Position numbers and translations under genes: made by a program
The notes under the pieces: generated by a model
Database searches by the model: none
Told to the model about the DNA's origin: nothing
The model's input: the letters and a program-made list of their open reading frames with translations, nothing else
NCBI GenBank assembly: GCA_963713825.1
Contig: CAVQNG010000005.1
Location: forward strand, 256,001 to 320,000
Length of the DNA: 64,000 bases
Source: an uncultured Acidobacteriota bacterium
Lineage (GTDB): Bacteria > Acidobacteriota > Thermoanaerobaculia > Multivoradales > JAHEKO01
Direction of reading: 5' to 3'
Part shown: in pieces, positions 39,105-49,183 of the stretch
Layout: each line of letters starts with the position of its first letter
How positions within the stretch are numbered: the first letter of the stretch is position 1

Positions 39105-41060
39105 ATGTCCGACAACAGGTCCCAGATCGCCCTGACTCTTCCCGATGGCTCCGTGCGCGAGGTGCCGGCGGGCACGACCGCCCTCGAGGTGGCGGCTGGC
39201 ATCGGCCCTGGTCTGGCCAAGGCCGCGATCGGCGCCGAGCTCGACGGCGAGTTGGTGGACCTACGCTTGCCGCTTGGTCGAAGTGGTGACTTTCGATTGC
39301 TCACCGCCAAGAACGAAGAGGCCGGTGACTTCATTCGCCACAGCGCCGAGCACGTCATGGCCGACGCGGTCCAGCGTCTGTGGCCTGGAACCGAGATCGA
39401 TGCGGGCCGCAAGGATCACTCGGAGAAGTTCCAGTACGATTTTCGCTTCCCCCGGGCCTTCACTCCCGAAGACCTCGAGAAGATCGAGGAGACGATGCGG
39501 GAGATCCTCCGGGAGGACAGCACTTTCGAGCGCCTCGAGGTCGATCGGGAGGCGGCCGCAGAGCTCTTCGACGGCCTGGGCGAGAGCCTCAAGGTCGAGC
39601 GCTTGAAGGACATTCCCGAGGGCGACGCCATCACGATCTACAAGGACGGTGAGTTCACCGACCTGTGCCGCGGACCTCACGTCCAGCGGCTGTCGCAGAT
39701 CGGTGCGGTCAAGCTCCTGGAGGCTTCAGGCGTGTATTGGAAGGGCGACGAGTCCAACGAGATGCTGCAACGCATCTACGGCACCGCCTTCGCCACCAAG
39801 GAGGAGCTGGCGCAGTATCTGGAGCGTCTCGAGCAGGCGAAACTGCGTGACCACCGTCGGCTCGGACCGGAGTTGGATCTGTTCAGCTTCAACGAGCATG
39901 CGCCGGCCAGCCCCTTCTTCCACCCCAAGGGAGCGCAGCTCTACAACAGTCTGGTGGACTACATTCGCGAGCTGCTGGTCGAACATGGCTATCAGGAGGT
40001 CATCACGCCCCAGATCATGGATCTGGAGCTCTGGCATACCTCGGGTCACTACGACAACTATCGCGACGCCATGTACTTCACCGAGGTGGATGAGCGTCAG
40101 TACGCGGTCAAGCCGATGAACTGCCCGGGTCATTGCCTGGTCTACGACACCCGCAAGCGCTCCTATCGGGACCTGCCGGTGCGCTACGCCGACTTTGGAA
40201 GGTTGCATCGTTACGAGCGCAGCGGCGTTACCTCAGGCCTGACCCGGGTACGGACGTTCGCCCAGGACGATGGCCACGTGTTCTGCACCGAAGACCAGAT
40301 CGGCGCCGAAGTCATCGATGTCGTGCAGACGATTCTGGAGCTCTACCAGACCTTCGGGTTCGAGGACGTCGCAATCGAGCTCTCCACCCGGCCGACGAAG
40401 TCGATGGGGACTGCCGAGATGTGGGCGAGAGCCGAAACCGCTCTGGATGGAGCGCTGCGCGAGAACGACATCGATTTCACGGTGAACCCCGGCGAGGGCG
40501 CGTTCTACGGACCCAAGATCGACTTCCACGTCAACGACGCCCTGGGCCGCGAGTGGCAGCTGGGTACCGTGCAGCTGGACTACCAGATGCCCGAACGGTT
40601 CGACCTGTCGTACGTCGGGAGTGACAGCGCCGAGCACCGTCCGGTGATGATCCACCGGGCCATGTTGGGCTCGGTCGAGCGCTTCCTCGGCATCTTGATC
40701 GAGCATGTCGCCGGTAGCTTTCCTGTCTGGCTGGCCCCCGTGCAGGCGGTGGTGCTGCCGGTGTCAGAGAAGTTCGCGGATTATGGTGAGGAGGTTCGGC
40801 GACAGCTGGCTGCCAGTGGGGTCCGCGTCGAGCTCGACAGTCGCAACGAAAAGCTGGGATACAGGATCCGTGAGGCGCAGATGCAGAAGGTCCCCTTCAT
40901 GCTGGTGGTGGGTGCACGCGAGGAGGAAGCCAGCCAGGTCGCGGTGCGACTGAGAACCGGAGACGACCTGGGCGCAGCTAGCGTCGAAGCGGTGGCGGAG
41001 CGGATCGCAGAGCTCACCAAGAGCCGGGCCAAGGAGTTGCCGAGCGCGGCACTTGCTTGA
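39105..41060 (+). CDS. thrS: threonine--tRNA ligase
   Basis: TGS domain, DLCRGPH, RDHR.LG, KPMNCPGH, GEGAFYGPK and HRA.LGS.ERF motifs. Confidence 0.98.
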   Translation: MSDNRSQIALTLPDGSVREVPAGTTALEVAAGIGPGLAKAAIGAELDGELVDLRLPLGRSGDFRLLTAKNEEAGDFIRHSAEHVMADAVQRLWPGTEIDAGRKDHSEKFQYDFRFPRAFTPEDLEKIEETMREILREDSTFERLEVDREAAAELFDGLGESLKVERLKDIPEGDAITIYKDGEFTDLCRGPHVQRLSQIGAVKLLEASGVYWKGDESNEMLQRIYGTAFATKEELAQYLERLEQAKLRDHRRLGPELDLFSFNEHAPASPFFHPKGAQLYNSLVDYIRELLVEHGYQEVITPQIMDLELWHTSGHYDNYRDAMYFTEVDERQYAVKPMNCPGHCLVYDTRKRSYRDLPVRYADFGRLHRYERSGVTSGLTRVRTFAQDDGHVFCTEDQIGAEVIDVVQTILELYQTFGFEDVAIELSTRPTKSMGTAEMWARAETALDGALRENDIDFTVNPGEGAFYGPKIDFHVNDALGREWQLGTVQLDYQMPERFDLSYVGSDSAEHRPVMIHRAMLGSVERFLGILIEHVAGSFPVWLAPVQAVVLPVSEKFADYGEEVRRQLAASGVRVELDSRNEKLGYRIREAQMQKVPFMLVVGAREEEASQVAVRLRTGDDLGAASVEAVAERIAELTKSRAKELPSAALA

Positions 41061-41074
41061 GCGAGGCCTGACGG

Positions 41075-41083
41075 TGCTACAAT
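41075..41083 (+). promoter_or_regulatory. extended -10 promoter upstream of rpmI
   Basis: TGCTACAAT just after the thrS stop codon. Confidence 0.45.
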
Positions 41084-41166
41084 AGCCAGCTGTTTTGCGG
41101 AGCGGATGCTCGAACGTCGGTCGGCGGCACGGAATCGACCAGAGAAGAGACGCAGGAGAGAAGACC

Positions 41167-41361
41167 TTGCCTAAGCAGAAGACCCATCGTGGCGCCAAGA
41201 AGCGCTTCAAGATCACCAGCGGTGGCAAAGTGTTGCGCCACCACTCGATGCGTAGTCACATCCTGACGAAAAAGACCACCAAGAGAAAGCGCAAGCTGCG
41301 AAAATCGACCGAGGTCCAGGGTAAGTTCGCAGCCAGCGTCAAGCAGATGATTCAAGGCTAG
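41167..41361 (+). CDS. rpmI: 50S ribosomal protein L35
   Basis: [21 protein letters not shown]...HILTKK. TTG start after AGGAGAG. Confidence 0.96.
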   Translation: MPKQKTHRGAKKRFKITSGGKVLRHHSMRSHILTKKTTKRKRKLRKSTEVQGKFAASVKQMIQG

Positions 41362-41503
41362 TCGGGCTGCTCGGCCTCCGGCCGAATGCCCGCGAAATAC
41401 TAACGGCTACCGCTGGATCGAACCTGTCCACCGGGGCCACGCATCGAGCTGGTGCTCGATGCCCGACACGCTCCCCTGGGGGAGCCGAAACGAGGTTCTC
41501 GAG

Positions 41504-41875
41504 ATGTCTAGAGTCAAGCGAGGCAGTCGCCGAGCGCAGCGCCGCAAGAAAATACTCAAACAGACCAGGGGCTACTACGGCACCAAGTCGAGAGCCCACC
41601 GGATCGCCAAGCAGGCGGTGGATCGTTCGCTGAAGTTCGCCTATCGCGACCGGCGGCAGAAGAAGCGCAACTTCCGCTCCCTGTGGATCGTTCGAATCAA
41701 CGCCGCTGCACGGCTCAATGGTCTGAGCTACAACCGTCTGATCGAAGGCCTGAAGAAGGCCGACAGCGAGATCAACCGTAAGATGCTGGCCGATCTGGCC
41801 GTGAAGGACCCCAAGGCCTTCGCCAACCTGGTCGAAGTGGCCAAGGGAGCTCTGGAGCCAGCTTCGAGCTCGTAG
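41504..41875 (+). CDS. rplT: 50S ribosomal protein L20
   Basis: MSRVKRG...[22 protein letters not shown]...NRKMLADLA. Confidence 0.97.
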   Translation: MSRVKRGSRRAQRRKKILKQTRGYYGTKSRAHRIAKQAVDRSLKFAYRDRRQKKRNFRSLWIVRINAAARLNGLSYNRLIEGLKKADSEINRKMLADLAVKDPKAFANLVEVAKGALEPASSS

Positions 41876-41878
41876 GCC

Positions 41879-42934
41879 GTGGCCAGCGAGGAACCGGGGG
41901 CTGGAGCCCCTCCGCCGAGCATCACCGAGCAGATCGAACTGTTCCGGGACGAGGCCGCCCAGGTCGCGGACCGGGAGTCGTGGCAGCTGCTGCGGGTCCG
42001 ATGGATAGGACGCAAGCAGGGCATCGTGCGCTCGCTGCTCGGGCAGCTGAAGGACATTCCACCGGCTGACAAGAAGGACTTTGGGCAGGCGGTCAATCAG
42101 CTCAAGGTGCTGGTGGAGGAGAGGCTCGCGTGCCTCGATGAAGAGCTCTCCGAGCGGGAGCGCCAGCAGGCCGCAAGCTCGGCGTCGGTCGATGTGACGT
42201 TGCCCGGCCGACAACCGGTTCTGGGGAGTGTTCATCCTGTGAACCTGGTGACCCAGAAGATCATCGAGATCTTCTCGGGGCTGGGCTACAGCGTTGCCGA
42301 AGGGCCGGAAGTCGAGGACGACTATCACAACTTCGAGGCGCTGAATTTCCCCCCCGACCACCCGGCTCGCGACACCCAGGACACCTTCTTTCTCGAGGAC
42401 GGACGGCTACTTCGGACCCACACATCGCCGGTGCAGATTCGCACCATGCTGGCGCGCACTCCACCGATTCGCATCCTCTGCCCGGGGCGGGTCTATCGGC
42501 ACGACAATGATCTGCGGCACTCGCCGATGTTCCACCAGGTGGAGGGCCTGGCCGTGGCTGAAGGCATCACCATGGGCCATCTGAAGGGCACTCTGGAGGC
42601 TTTCATCCAGCAGCTCTTCTCGCCTGATACCGGAGTGCGCCTGCGACCGAGCTACTTCCCCTTCACCGAGCCTTCGGCCGAGGTGGATATCACGTGCCCG
42701 TTCTGCAGCGGCGGCGGATGTCAGGTCTGCTCGCAGACCGGTTGGATGGAGATCCTCGGTGCCGGCATGGTCGATCCCAGGGTACTGTCCGGTTGTGGCA
42801 TCGATCCGAAGATCTACTCGGGTTTTGCCTTCGGACTCGGGATCGATCGAGTGGCCATGATTCGCTACGGGATTCCGAATATCCGCCTGCTGTTCGACAA
42901 CGACGAGCGTCTTCTCCGGCAGGTGAAAATCTGA
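41879..42934 (+). CDS. pheS: phenylalanine--tRNA ligase alpha subunit
   Basis: HPARDTQDTF, LRTHTSPVQ, RPSYFPFTEPS and GFAFGLGIDR motifs. Confidence 0.97.
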   Translation: MASEEPGAGAPPPSITEQIELFRDEAAQVADRESWQLLRVRWIGRKQGIVRSLLGQLKDIPPADKKDFGQAVNQLKVLVEERLACLDEELSERERQQAASSASVDVTLPGRQPVLGSVHPVNLVTQKIIEIFSGLGYSVAEGPEVEDDYHNFEALNFPPDHPARDTQDTFFLEDGRLLRTHTSPVQIRTMLARTPPIRILCPGRVYRHDNDLRHSPMFHQVEGLAVAEGITMGHLKGTLEAFIQQLFSPDTGVRLRPSYFPFTEPSAEVDITCPFCSGGGCQVCSQTGWMEILGAGMVDPRVLSGCGIDPKIYSGFAFGLGIDRVAMIRYGIPNIRLLFDNDERLLRQVKI

Positions 42935-45000
42935 TGCTCTTCTCCTTCGACTGGCTGTGTCGGTATGTCGATCCGCAAGCCGATGTTTCGACGGTTGCGG
43001 ATCGGTTGACAGCGGCTGGCCTGGCCGTGGAAGGTCTCGAGCCACGTGGTGACGATGTCCTCATGGATGTCGACGTGACGACCAACCGTCCCGACTGCAT
43101 GAACCATCTGGGACTGGCGCGCGAAGTTGCAGTTGCACTCGCCAAGCCCCTGGAGGTTCCTGTTGGGAAGGCCACGGAGTCCGAGAGAGCGACCTCCGAG
43201 GTGGCCGCGGTAGAGCTCGAGGACGCGGTGGGTTGCCCGCGCTACGTAGCTCGTGTGATCGAAGGGGTCGAGGTCGGTCCCAGCCCCGACTGGCTGGTGG
43301 CGCATCTCGAAGGGTTGGGGATGCGATCGATCAACAACGTCGTCGACGTCTCCAATTTTGTTCTCTGGGAGCTCGGGCAGCCAACCCATGCCTTCGACCT
43401 GGACAAGCTCGCCGAGCGGCGAATTGTCGTGCGGCGGGGCATTGGAGGCGAGACGCTGGTGACGCTGGATGGCGAGCGTCGGGAGCTGGAGCCGGAAATG
43501 CTGGTCATCGCCGATGCCGAGCGCGCCGTGGCGCTGGCAGGTGTGATGGGTGGGCTGGACTCGGAAGTCACCGGGGAGACCGTCAACATCCTCCTCGAAA
43601 GCGCCCACTTCGATCCGACACGGGTCCGGGAGACAGCCAATCGGTTGGGGATGCACACGGACGCCAGCCACCGGTTCGAGCGCGGCGCCGACCCGCAAGT
43701 CTGTCGTCGCGCGGCCGACAGGGTTGTGGCACTCATCCAGGAGCTGGCCGGGGGTGAGCTTCTGAACGGCGCCGTAGACGTCCGCAACGACAAGCTCGAC
43801 TGGGAGCTGTCTGGGGAGCTCGATCTCGAGCGACTCGTGCGCTTCGCTGGCACAGAGATCACCGCGGACCAGGTCGAAGGCTGGATGGGCGGACTGGGCT
43901 TCGAGCTGCATTCCGAAGGTACGGGCCGGTGGCAAGTGAACGTCCCCTCCTGGCGCTACTACGACTTCAAGCCCCTTCCTGGCCGACCTGCCGGGCGAGA
44001 TCAACCGCAGGTCTGGGAAGCCGATCTGTTCGAAGAGGTCTTGCGTCTGCACGGTTTTGACGACATCCCTGCGCAACTCCCTGCACTGGCAGGTCCTGAC
44101 GCCGGCTCGAGCGCGGGCCACGAGCGCCGCGAGGCAATTCGGTGGCACCTGGCGGCCTGCGGTTTCGTCGAGGCGATCACTTACTCGTTCCACGAAGCCG
44201 AGCTCGAAGGCACGGTCCCGGTGCTGAGCAGGAATGGCGAGGCCCTGAAGCTGTCGAATCCACTATCCGAGCTCTATTCGGTCATGCGGCGATCGATGCT
44301 GCCAGGCCTGGAAGCGACGGCTGCCTACAACCAGCGCCGTGGAGCCGGGTCGATTCGCTTGTTCGAGATCGGTCATGTCTTTCCTGGGGGAGCCGCGAGC
44401 GAGGTCGAGGCTGTCGGCCTGATTGCCGGTGGCAGCTCGGAGACGCCCTGGAACCGGCGCCAGGACTTCGATCTCTTCGATTTGAAGGGTGTCGTGGAGA
44501 GTCTGGGTGCGAGGTTCAATGTGCGACTCACCGCCCGCCCGGCCGAGCTCCCAGGGTTGGTCAAAGGTACCGGTAGCGAGCTGGTCTGGGAGGAGACCGA
44601 CGAGGTGGTGGGATTCACGGGTCAGTTGGCTGACGAGAGCTTTCCGTTTCCCCTCTTTGTTGCCGAGCTGAAGACCTCGGTTCTGGGTGTCTCGGAGGTC
44701 CTTGTGGTTCACCCACCGTCGCGATTCCCATCCGTCGAGGCCGACCTGACACTGACCCACGACCTGGAGATTCCCTGGCGAGAGATCGAACTGGAGATCA
44801 CCAAGACGCGGCCGGTGGATCTGATGTCTTTCGGCTTGAAGGACCGCTATCTTGGTGCAGGGGTGCCCGAGGGAGCGGTTAACACGACCCTCTATTTCCT
44901 CTACAATGCCAGCGACCGCTCACTCACCCAGGAAGAGGTGAATCAACAAACCGAGGCGATTCGACAGCAGCTGGAAGGTCGATTCGGCTGGGAGGGGTAG
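42934..45000 (+). CDS. pheT: phenylalanine--tRNA ligase beta subunit (short form lacking the B2 OB domain)
   Basis: TGATG coupling to pheS; TNRPDC, INNVVD..N, GQP.HAFD, ESAHF, RFERG, SRFP..DL; 688 aa. Confidence 0.95.
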   Translation: MLFSFDWLCRYVDPQADVSTVADRLTAAGLAVEGLEPRGDDVLMDVDVTTNRPDCMNHLGLAREVAVALAKPLEVPVGKATESERATSEVAAVELEDAVGCPRYVARVIEGVEVGPSPDWLVAHLEGLGMRSINNVVDVSNFVLWELGQPTHAFDLDKLAERRIVVRRGIGGETLVTLDGERRELEPEMLVIADAERAVALAGVMGGLDSEVTGETVNILLESAHFDPTRVRETANRLGMHTDASHRFERGADPQVCRRAADRVVALIQELAGGELLNGAVDVRNDKLDWELSGELDLERLVRFAGTEITADQVEGWMGGLGFELHSEGTGRWQVNVPSWRYYDFKPLPGRPAGRDQPQVWEADLFEEVLRLHGFDDIPAQLPALAGPDAGSSAGHERREAIRWHLAACGFVEAITYSFHEAELEGTVPVLSRNGEALKLSNPLSELYSVMRRSMLPGLEATAAYNQRRGAGSIRLFEIGHVFPGGAASEVEAVGLIAGGSSETPWNRRQDFDLFDLKGVVESLGARFNVRLTARPAELPGLVKGTGSELVWEETDEVVGFTGQLADESFPFPLFVAELKTSVLGVSEVLVVHPPSRFPSVEADLTLTHDLEIPWREIELEITKTRPVDLMSFGLKDRYLGAGVPEGAVNTTLYFLYNASDRSLTQEEVNQQTEAIRQQLEGRFGWEG

Positions 45001-45005
45001 GCACC

Positions 45006-45236
45006 ATGGATCTGAACTGGCTGAAGAACCTCGAAAAGCAGGTGCAGGCCGCCACAGATGAGATCGAGGCCCTGCGCAAAGAGAACTCCGCGTGCAAGTC
45101 GAAGGTCAAGCAGCTCGAGCAGAAGCTGACCGAAGCGCGCCGCGCCGACCAGTCCGCGGGTGACTGGGAAAAGGAGCGGCAGGCGGTGCGGGAGCGGGTC
45201 GAAACACTCGCCGCGGGCCTCGAGAAGCTCCTCTGA
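45006..45236 (+). CDS. zapB: coiled-coil protein, ZapB-like cell division factor
   Basis: 76-aa coiled coil LEKQVQAATDEIEALRKEN in the pheT-zapB-zapA context. Confidence 0.7.
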   Translation: MDLNWLKNLEKQVQAATDEIEALRKENSACKSKVKQLEQKLTEARRADQSAGDWEKERQAVRERVETLAAGLEKLL

Positions 45237-45325
45237 ACCCCTCCTCCCTGTGGTATAGTCCCTGCAAGTAAGCCCTTGGGAAGGCACGACTTGTCCTCCG
45301 TAGAGGGCTGTCTGGGAACGGTCTG

Positions 45326-45622
45326 ATGGCTGCCAAAACCACCACCGCAACCGAAGTGGAGATCTTTGGTGCCGTCTACCATGTTCGAGGAGACAAGAAT
45401 CCGGAGTACCTCCGGGAGCTGGCCGCAGTTGTCGACGCGAGAATGCGCGATATTTCGCAGCAAGTCACGACGATCGATACGGCCAAAATAGCGATCCTGG
45501 CGGCGCTCAACGTAACAGACGAACTTTTCCAGTGCCGGAAGCAACAAGAAGGGGATCGGGTCGAGATCAAGGAGAAGGTGACGGAGCTGGCAGGACGACT
45601 GGAAGAAAAACTACAGAAGTAA
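45326..45622 (+). CDS. zapA: cell division protein ZapA
   Basis: VEIFG..Y.V, LA..VD.RM and AILAALN motifs. Confidence 0.92.
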   Translation: MAAKTTTATEVEIFGAVYHVRGDKNPEYLRELAAVVDARMRDISQQVTTIDTAKIAILAALNVTDELFQCRKQQEGDRVEIKEKVTELAGRLEEKLQK

Positions 45623-45679
45623 GTACTGAGGTAGTCGTTCTTCGGTTTCGCCCATCTTTGACAAGCATATGAATTTGGT

Positions 45680-45863
45680 ATCCCCTGTGTGGTTTGTGAT
45701 GGGTCCTGCAGTTGTAGAACCAACAGCATATTCGAGGGAGTCTTTCTTCCATGGCGCCTGTGCCAGCCCCGACACGACGGGGACGCTAACGGCTCATAGA
45801 GCGGACACCCACCTGGTGAGGGCCAGGTTCTAAACGAACGACCCACACGGCTTCGCGGGGGAT
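45680..45863 (+). ncRNA. ssrS: 6S RNA
   Basis: Canonical zapA-6S-rny location. About 184 nt, closing stem ATCCCCTGTG/CGCGGGGGAT, GAACC...GGGAG and CCCACC...GGTTC conserved-type segments. Confidence 0.85.
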
Positions 45864-45943
45864 GCTGATTCCCTTCCCTTGAAAAGGGAAGGGAGGCGGA
45901 TCTTCCCCGTACCCACCTTGACTTCCGCACAGGGGGTCCAACG

Positions 45944-47506
45944 GTGGATACAACCATGACAGTTTTTGCGGTTGCCGTGGTGGCAATAGCCGCCATGGCT
46001 ATCTGGTGGTTTGGCCTGCGGCGGGCGGCGCGACGGACGACCGCCCAGGCGCGGCGCCAAGCGGCGAAGGTCCTGGAAGAAGCCGAGCGCGAGAAGGAAA
46101 CGAAGCTCCGCGAGGCCGACCTCGCGGCAAAAGAAAAGCTGTTGCAGGCGCGAGGCGAGTTCGAGAAGGTCTCTCGCAAGCACCGCTCCGAGCTCGAGGC
46201 TCTCGAGAGGCGCCTGTCTCAAAAAGAAGACAATCTGGAGAAGCGGCTCGATGAGCTGGTCGCCAAGGAGAAGGACTTCACGACTCGCGAACGGTCGCTG
46301 GCCGAGCGTGATCAGACCCTGACCCGCAAGCAGGAGGAGCTCGATCAGGTCCTTTCGACAGGTCGTCAACGGTTGGAGCAGATTGCCGGACTGACGGCTC
46401 AGCAGGCCGTCGACGAGCTGAAGAAAATGATGGAGGAAGAGGCGAGGATGCAGGCGGCCCACATGGTCAAGCGCATCGAGGACGAGGCTCGGGAGCAGGC
46501 TAGCAAACAGGCTCAACGGATCATCGGTATGGCGGTCCAGCGAGGTGCCTCCGACTATGTCGCCGAGGCCACCGTATCGGTGGTGATGCTGCCGGGCGAC
46601 GAGATGAAGGGCCGCATTATCGGTCGTGAGGGGCGCAATATCCGAGCCCTGGAGATGGCGACCGGGGTGGACCTCATCGTCGACGACACACCCGAGGCCG
46701 TCATCCTCTCCGGATTCGATCCCTACCGGCGGGAGGTGGCCCGGGTCTCGCTCGAACGGCTGATCGCCGACGGCCGCATTCACCCGGCGCGGATCGAGGA
46801 GGTTGTCGAGAAGGTCAAGGCGGAGTTCGAAGTAAGGGTGCAGCAAGAGGGTGAGGCAGCCCTGCTCGAGCTCAACATCCCGAACGTGCATCCCGAGCTG
46901 CAGAAGCTACTAGGGCGCCTGCGCTATCGGACCTCCTACGGTCAGAATGTGTTGCAGCACAGCAAGGAAGTGTCTTTTCTCGCCTCGACCATGGCGGCCG
47001 AGCTCAAGGTCAACATCCCGGTGGCGCGCCGCGCCGGCCTGATGCACGACATCGGCAAAGCGGTGGACCGCGAGATGGAAGGAACTCACGTCGAGATCGG
47101 CATCGATCTGCTGCGTCGGTATGGTGAAAGCGAAGAGGTCATCCACGCCATGGCCTGTCACCACGGCGACTACGATCCGGACACCGTGGAGGCAGTCCTC
47201 GTGACGGCTTCCGATGCCCTGTCCGCAGCTCGGCCGGGAGCCCGCAGGGAGGTGCTGGAAACCTACGTCAAGCGTCTCGAAAAGCTGGAGGAGATCGCGG
47301 CCGGCTTCAAGGGGGTGCAGAAGAGCTTCGCGATCCAGGCCGGCAGAGAGATCAGGGTTATCGTCGACTCGAAGCGTCTGAGCGACGAGAAGGCCACCTG
47401 GTTGTCGAGGGACATCGCGCAGAAGGTCGAGAACGAGCTGACCTACCCGGGGCAGATCAAGGTGACGGTGATTCGGGAGACTCGATCCATCGAGTACGCC
47501 AAGTGA
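45944..47506 (+). CDS. rny: ribonuclease Y
   Basis: N-terminal TM, coiled coil, KH (KGRIIGREGRNIR), HD (HDIGK) and AIQAGREIRV. Confidence 0.97.
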   Translation: MDTTMTVFAVAVVAIAAMAIWWFGLRRAARRTTAQARRQAAKVLEEAEREKETKLREADLAAKEKLLQARGEFEKVSRKHRSELEALERRLSQKEDNLEKRLDELVAKEKDFTTRERSLAERDQTLTRKQEELDQVLSTGRQRLEQIAGLTAQQAVDELKKMMEEEARMQAAHMVKRIEDEAREQASKQAQRIIGMAVQRGASDYVAEATVSVVMLPGDEMKGRIIGREGRNIRALEMATGVDLIVDDTPEAVILSGFDPYRREVARVSLERLIADGRIHPARIEEVVEKVKAEFEVRVQQEGEAALLELNIPNVHPELQKLLGRLRYRTSYGQNVLQHSKEVSFLASTMAAELKVNIPVARRAGLMHDIGKAVDREMEGTHVEIGIDLLRRYGESEEVIHAMACHHGDYDPDTVEAVLVTASDALSAARPGARREVLETYVKRLEKLEEIAAGFKGVQKSFAIQAGREIRVIVDSKRLSDEKATWLSRDIAQKVENELTYPGQIKVTVIRETRSIEYAK

Positions 47507-48291
47507 AACTTCTATTCGTAGGCGACGTCGTGGGCAAGCCGGGGAGGGTGGCCCTGCTGCATCTGTTGCCATCCCTCGTCGATAAGCACAAAGCAGACTA
47601 TGTGGTGGTCAACGTCGAGAACGCGGCTGGCGGTTTCGGAGTCACGCCCGAGGTGCTCTTGGAGCTCGAGGACTTGCCCGTCGACTGCTGCACGAGCGGC
47701 AATCACATCTGGGACAAGAAGGAAGGCCTGACGCTGCTCGAGGAGAATCCGCGGTTGCTGCGGCCGGCGAACTACCCGGAGGGCAATCCGGGAAGCGGAG
47801 TCTATGTCGGGGAGACCGCCGCGGGCATTCCTGTAGCCACCCTCAATCTCGAGGGCCAGGTCTTCATGAAGCCTCTGGAGTCACCGTTCAAGGTGGCCGA
47901 TCGACTTCTGGCCGCGCTCGACCCGGAAGTCAGGGTCATTCTGGTCGACTTTCATGCCGAAGCGACGAGCGAGAAGCAAGCTCTCGGTTTCTACCTGGAT
48001 GGCCGGGTATCGGGAGTTGTCGGAACCCACACGCACGTGCCGACGGCGGACGAGCGGTTGCTACCAGCCGGCACGGCGTTCATTACGGACGTCGGAATGA
48101 CAGGGCCCTATGAATCCATCATCGGCATGCGCTCGGAGAAGGTCTTGAAGCGCTTCCTGCTGCAGAGTCGGGTGGCATTCGAGGTGGCGAAGAGAGACGT
48201 TCGCCTGGCAGGTGTCGTCATCGATGTCGATGAGACCACGGGCAGGGCCCGAAGCATCGAACGGATACTGATCGAACATGACAAACAGTGA
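47503..48291 (+). CDS. ymdB: YmdB-like metallophosphoesterase (TIGR00282)
   Basis: GDVVGKPG, ENAAGG, GNH, DFHAEATSEK, GTHTHV and TDVGMTG motifs. Confidence 0.93.
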   Translation: MKLLFVGDVVGKPGRVALLHLLPSLVDKHKADYVVVNVENAAGGFGVTPEVLLELEDLPVDCCTSGNHIWDKKEGLTLLEENPRLLRPANYPEGNPGSGVYVGETAAGIPVATLNLEGQVFMKPLESPFKVADRLLAALDPEVRVILVDFHAEATSEKQALGFYLDGRVSGVVGTHTHVPTADERLLPAGTAFITDVGMTGPYESIIGMRSEKVLKRFLLQSRVAFEVAKRDVRLAGVVIDVDETTGRARSIERILIEHDKQ

Positions 48292-49177
48292 TGCCAGGTC
48301 CATTGGGTCTCTCGAGGCCCTCTGTGAGACGCCCGGTAGGTTGCCGTTGTCTGTCGTCATCACGACCTACAACGAAGAGGTCAACATCGCGGACTGCCTG
48401 CGATCGGTGCTGTGGGCCGATGAGATCTTGCTGGTGGACTCCTTATCGACCGACCGCACCCTGGAATACGCTCGCGAGTTCCCTATCGAGATTCTCGAGC
48501 GCGAGTACTTCGGCTCGGCCGCCCAGAAGAACTGGTCGTTGGACAAGATCCAGCACGACTGGGTCTTGATCCTCGACGCCGACGAGCGCGTCACGGAACC
48601 ACTGGCCAGGGAGATCCTGCAGCTACTGATCGAGGGGCCGAGCGCCAAGGGCTACTACCTTCGCCGGCAGAACATCGTTCTGGGTAAGGCGATTCGGCAC
48701 TCCGGCTGGTCGACCGACAAAGTCATCCGCTTGTTCGACAAAGCACACGGTCGCTATCCCAATCGCCGGGTGCATGCCGATCTCGACATCGAGCCACCCA
48801 CTCCGACGCTGCGCAATCCACTGGACCACTATACGTACCGCTCTGTCCAGCAGTACTTCGAGAAATTCCTCAACTATGCCGAGTGGGGGGCCGCACAGGG
48901 CTATCGGGAAGGCAAGAAGGCCGGGTTCCTCGAAATCGGTGGCCGCCCGTCCTGGCGGTTCTTTCGCACCTATTTCCTGCAGGGCGGCTTTCTCGACGGT
49001 CTGCACGGGCTCGTGGTCTGCGGCTTGCAGGCATTCGGCGTTTTCTTGAAATATGCCTGGCTATGGGAGCTCCGAATCAAAGAGAGCCTGGGTGAAGAGG
49101 TCAAGCTCCCGGCCTTCGATGACGATGCCGCCACCTGGGAGCGCCCGCCGGGTTCCGAGCCCGACGATGCTGACTGA
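48278..49177 (+). CDS. family 2 glycosyltransferase (WaaE/KdtX-like)
   Basis: TYNEE.NI, VDS.STD.T, LDADE, VH and GFLDG..G motifs. Confidence 0.9.
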   Translation: MTNSDARSIGSLEALCETPGRLPLSVVITTYNEEVNIADCLRSVLWADEILLVDSLSTDRTLEYAREFPIEILEREYFGSAAQKNWSLDKIQHDWVLILDADERVTEPLAREILQLLIEGPSAKGYYLRRQNIVLGKAIRHSGWSTDKVIRLFDKAHGRYPNRRVHADLDIEPPTPTLRNPLDHYTYRSVQQYFEKFLNYAEWGAAQGYREGKKAGFLEIGGRPSWRFFRTYFLQGGFLDGLHGLVVCGLQAFGVFLKYAWLWELRIKESLGEEVKLPAFDDDAATWERPPGSEPDDAD

Positions 49178-49183
49178 GAAGCC

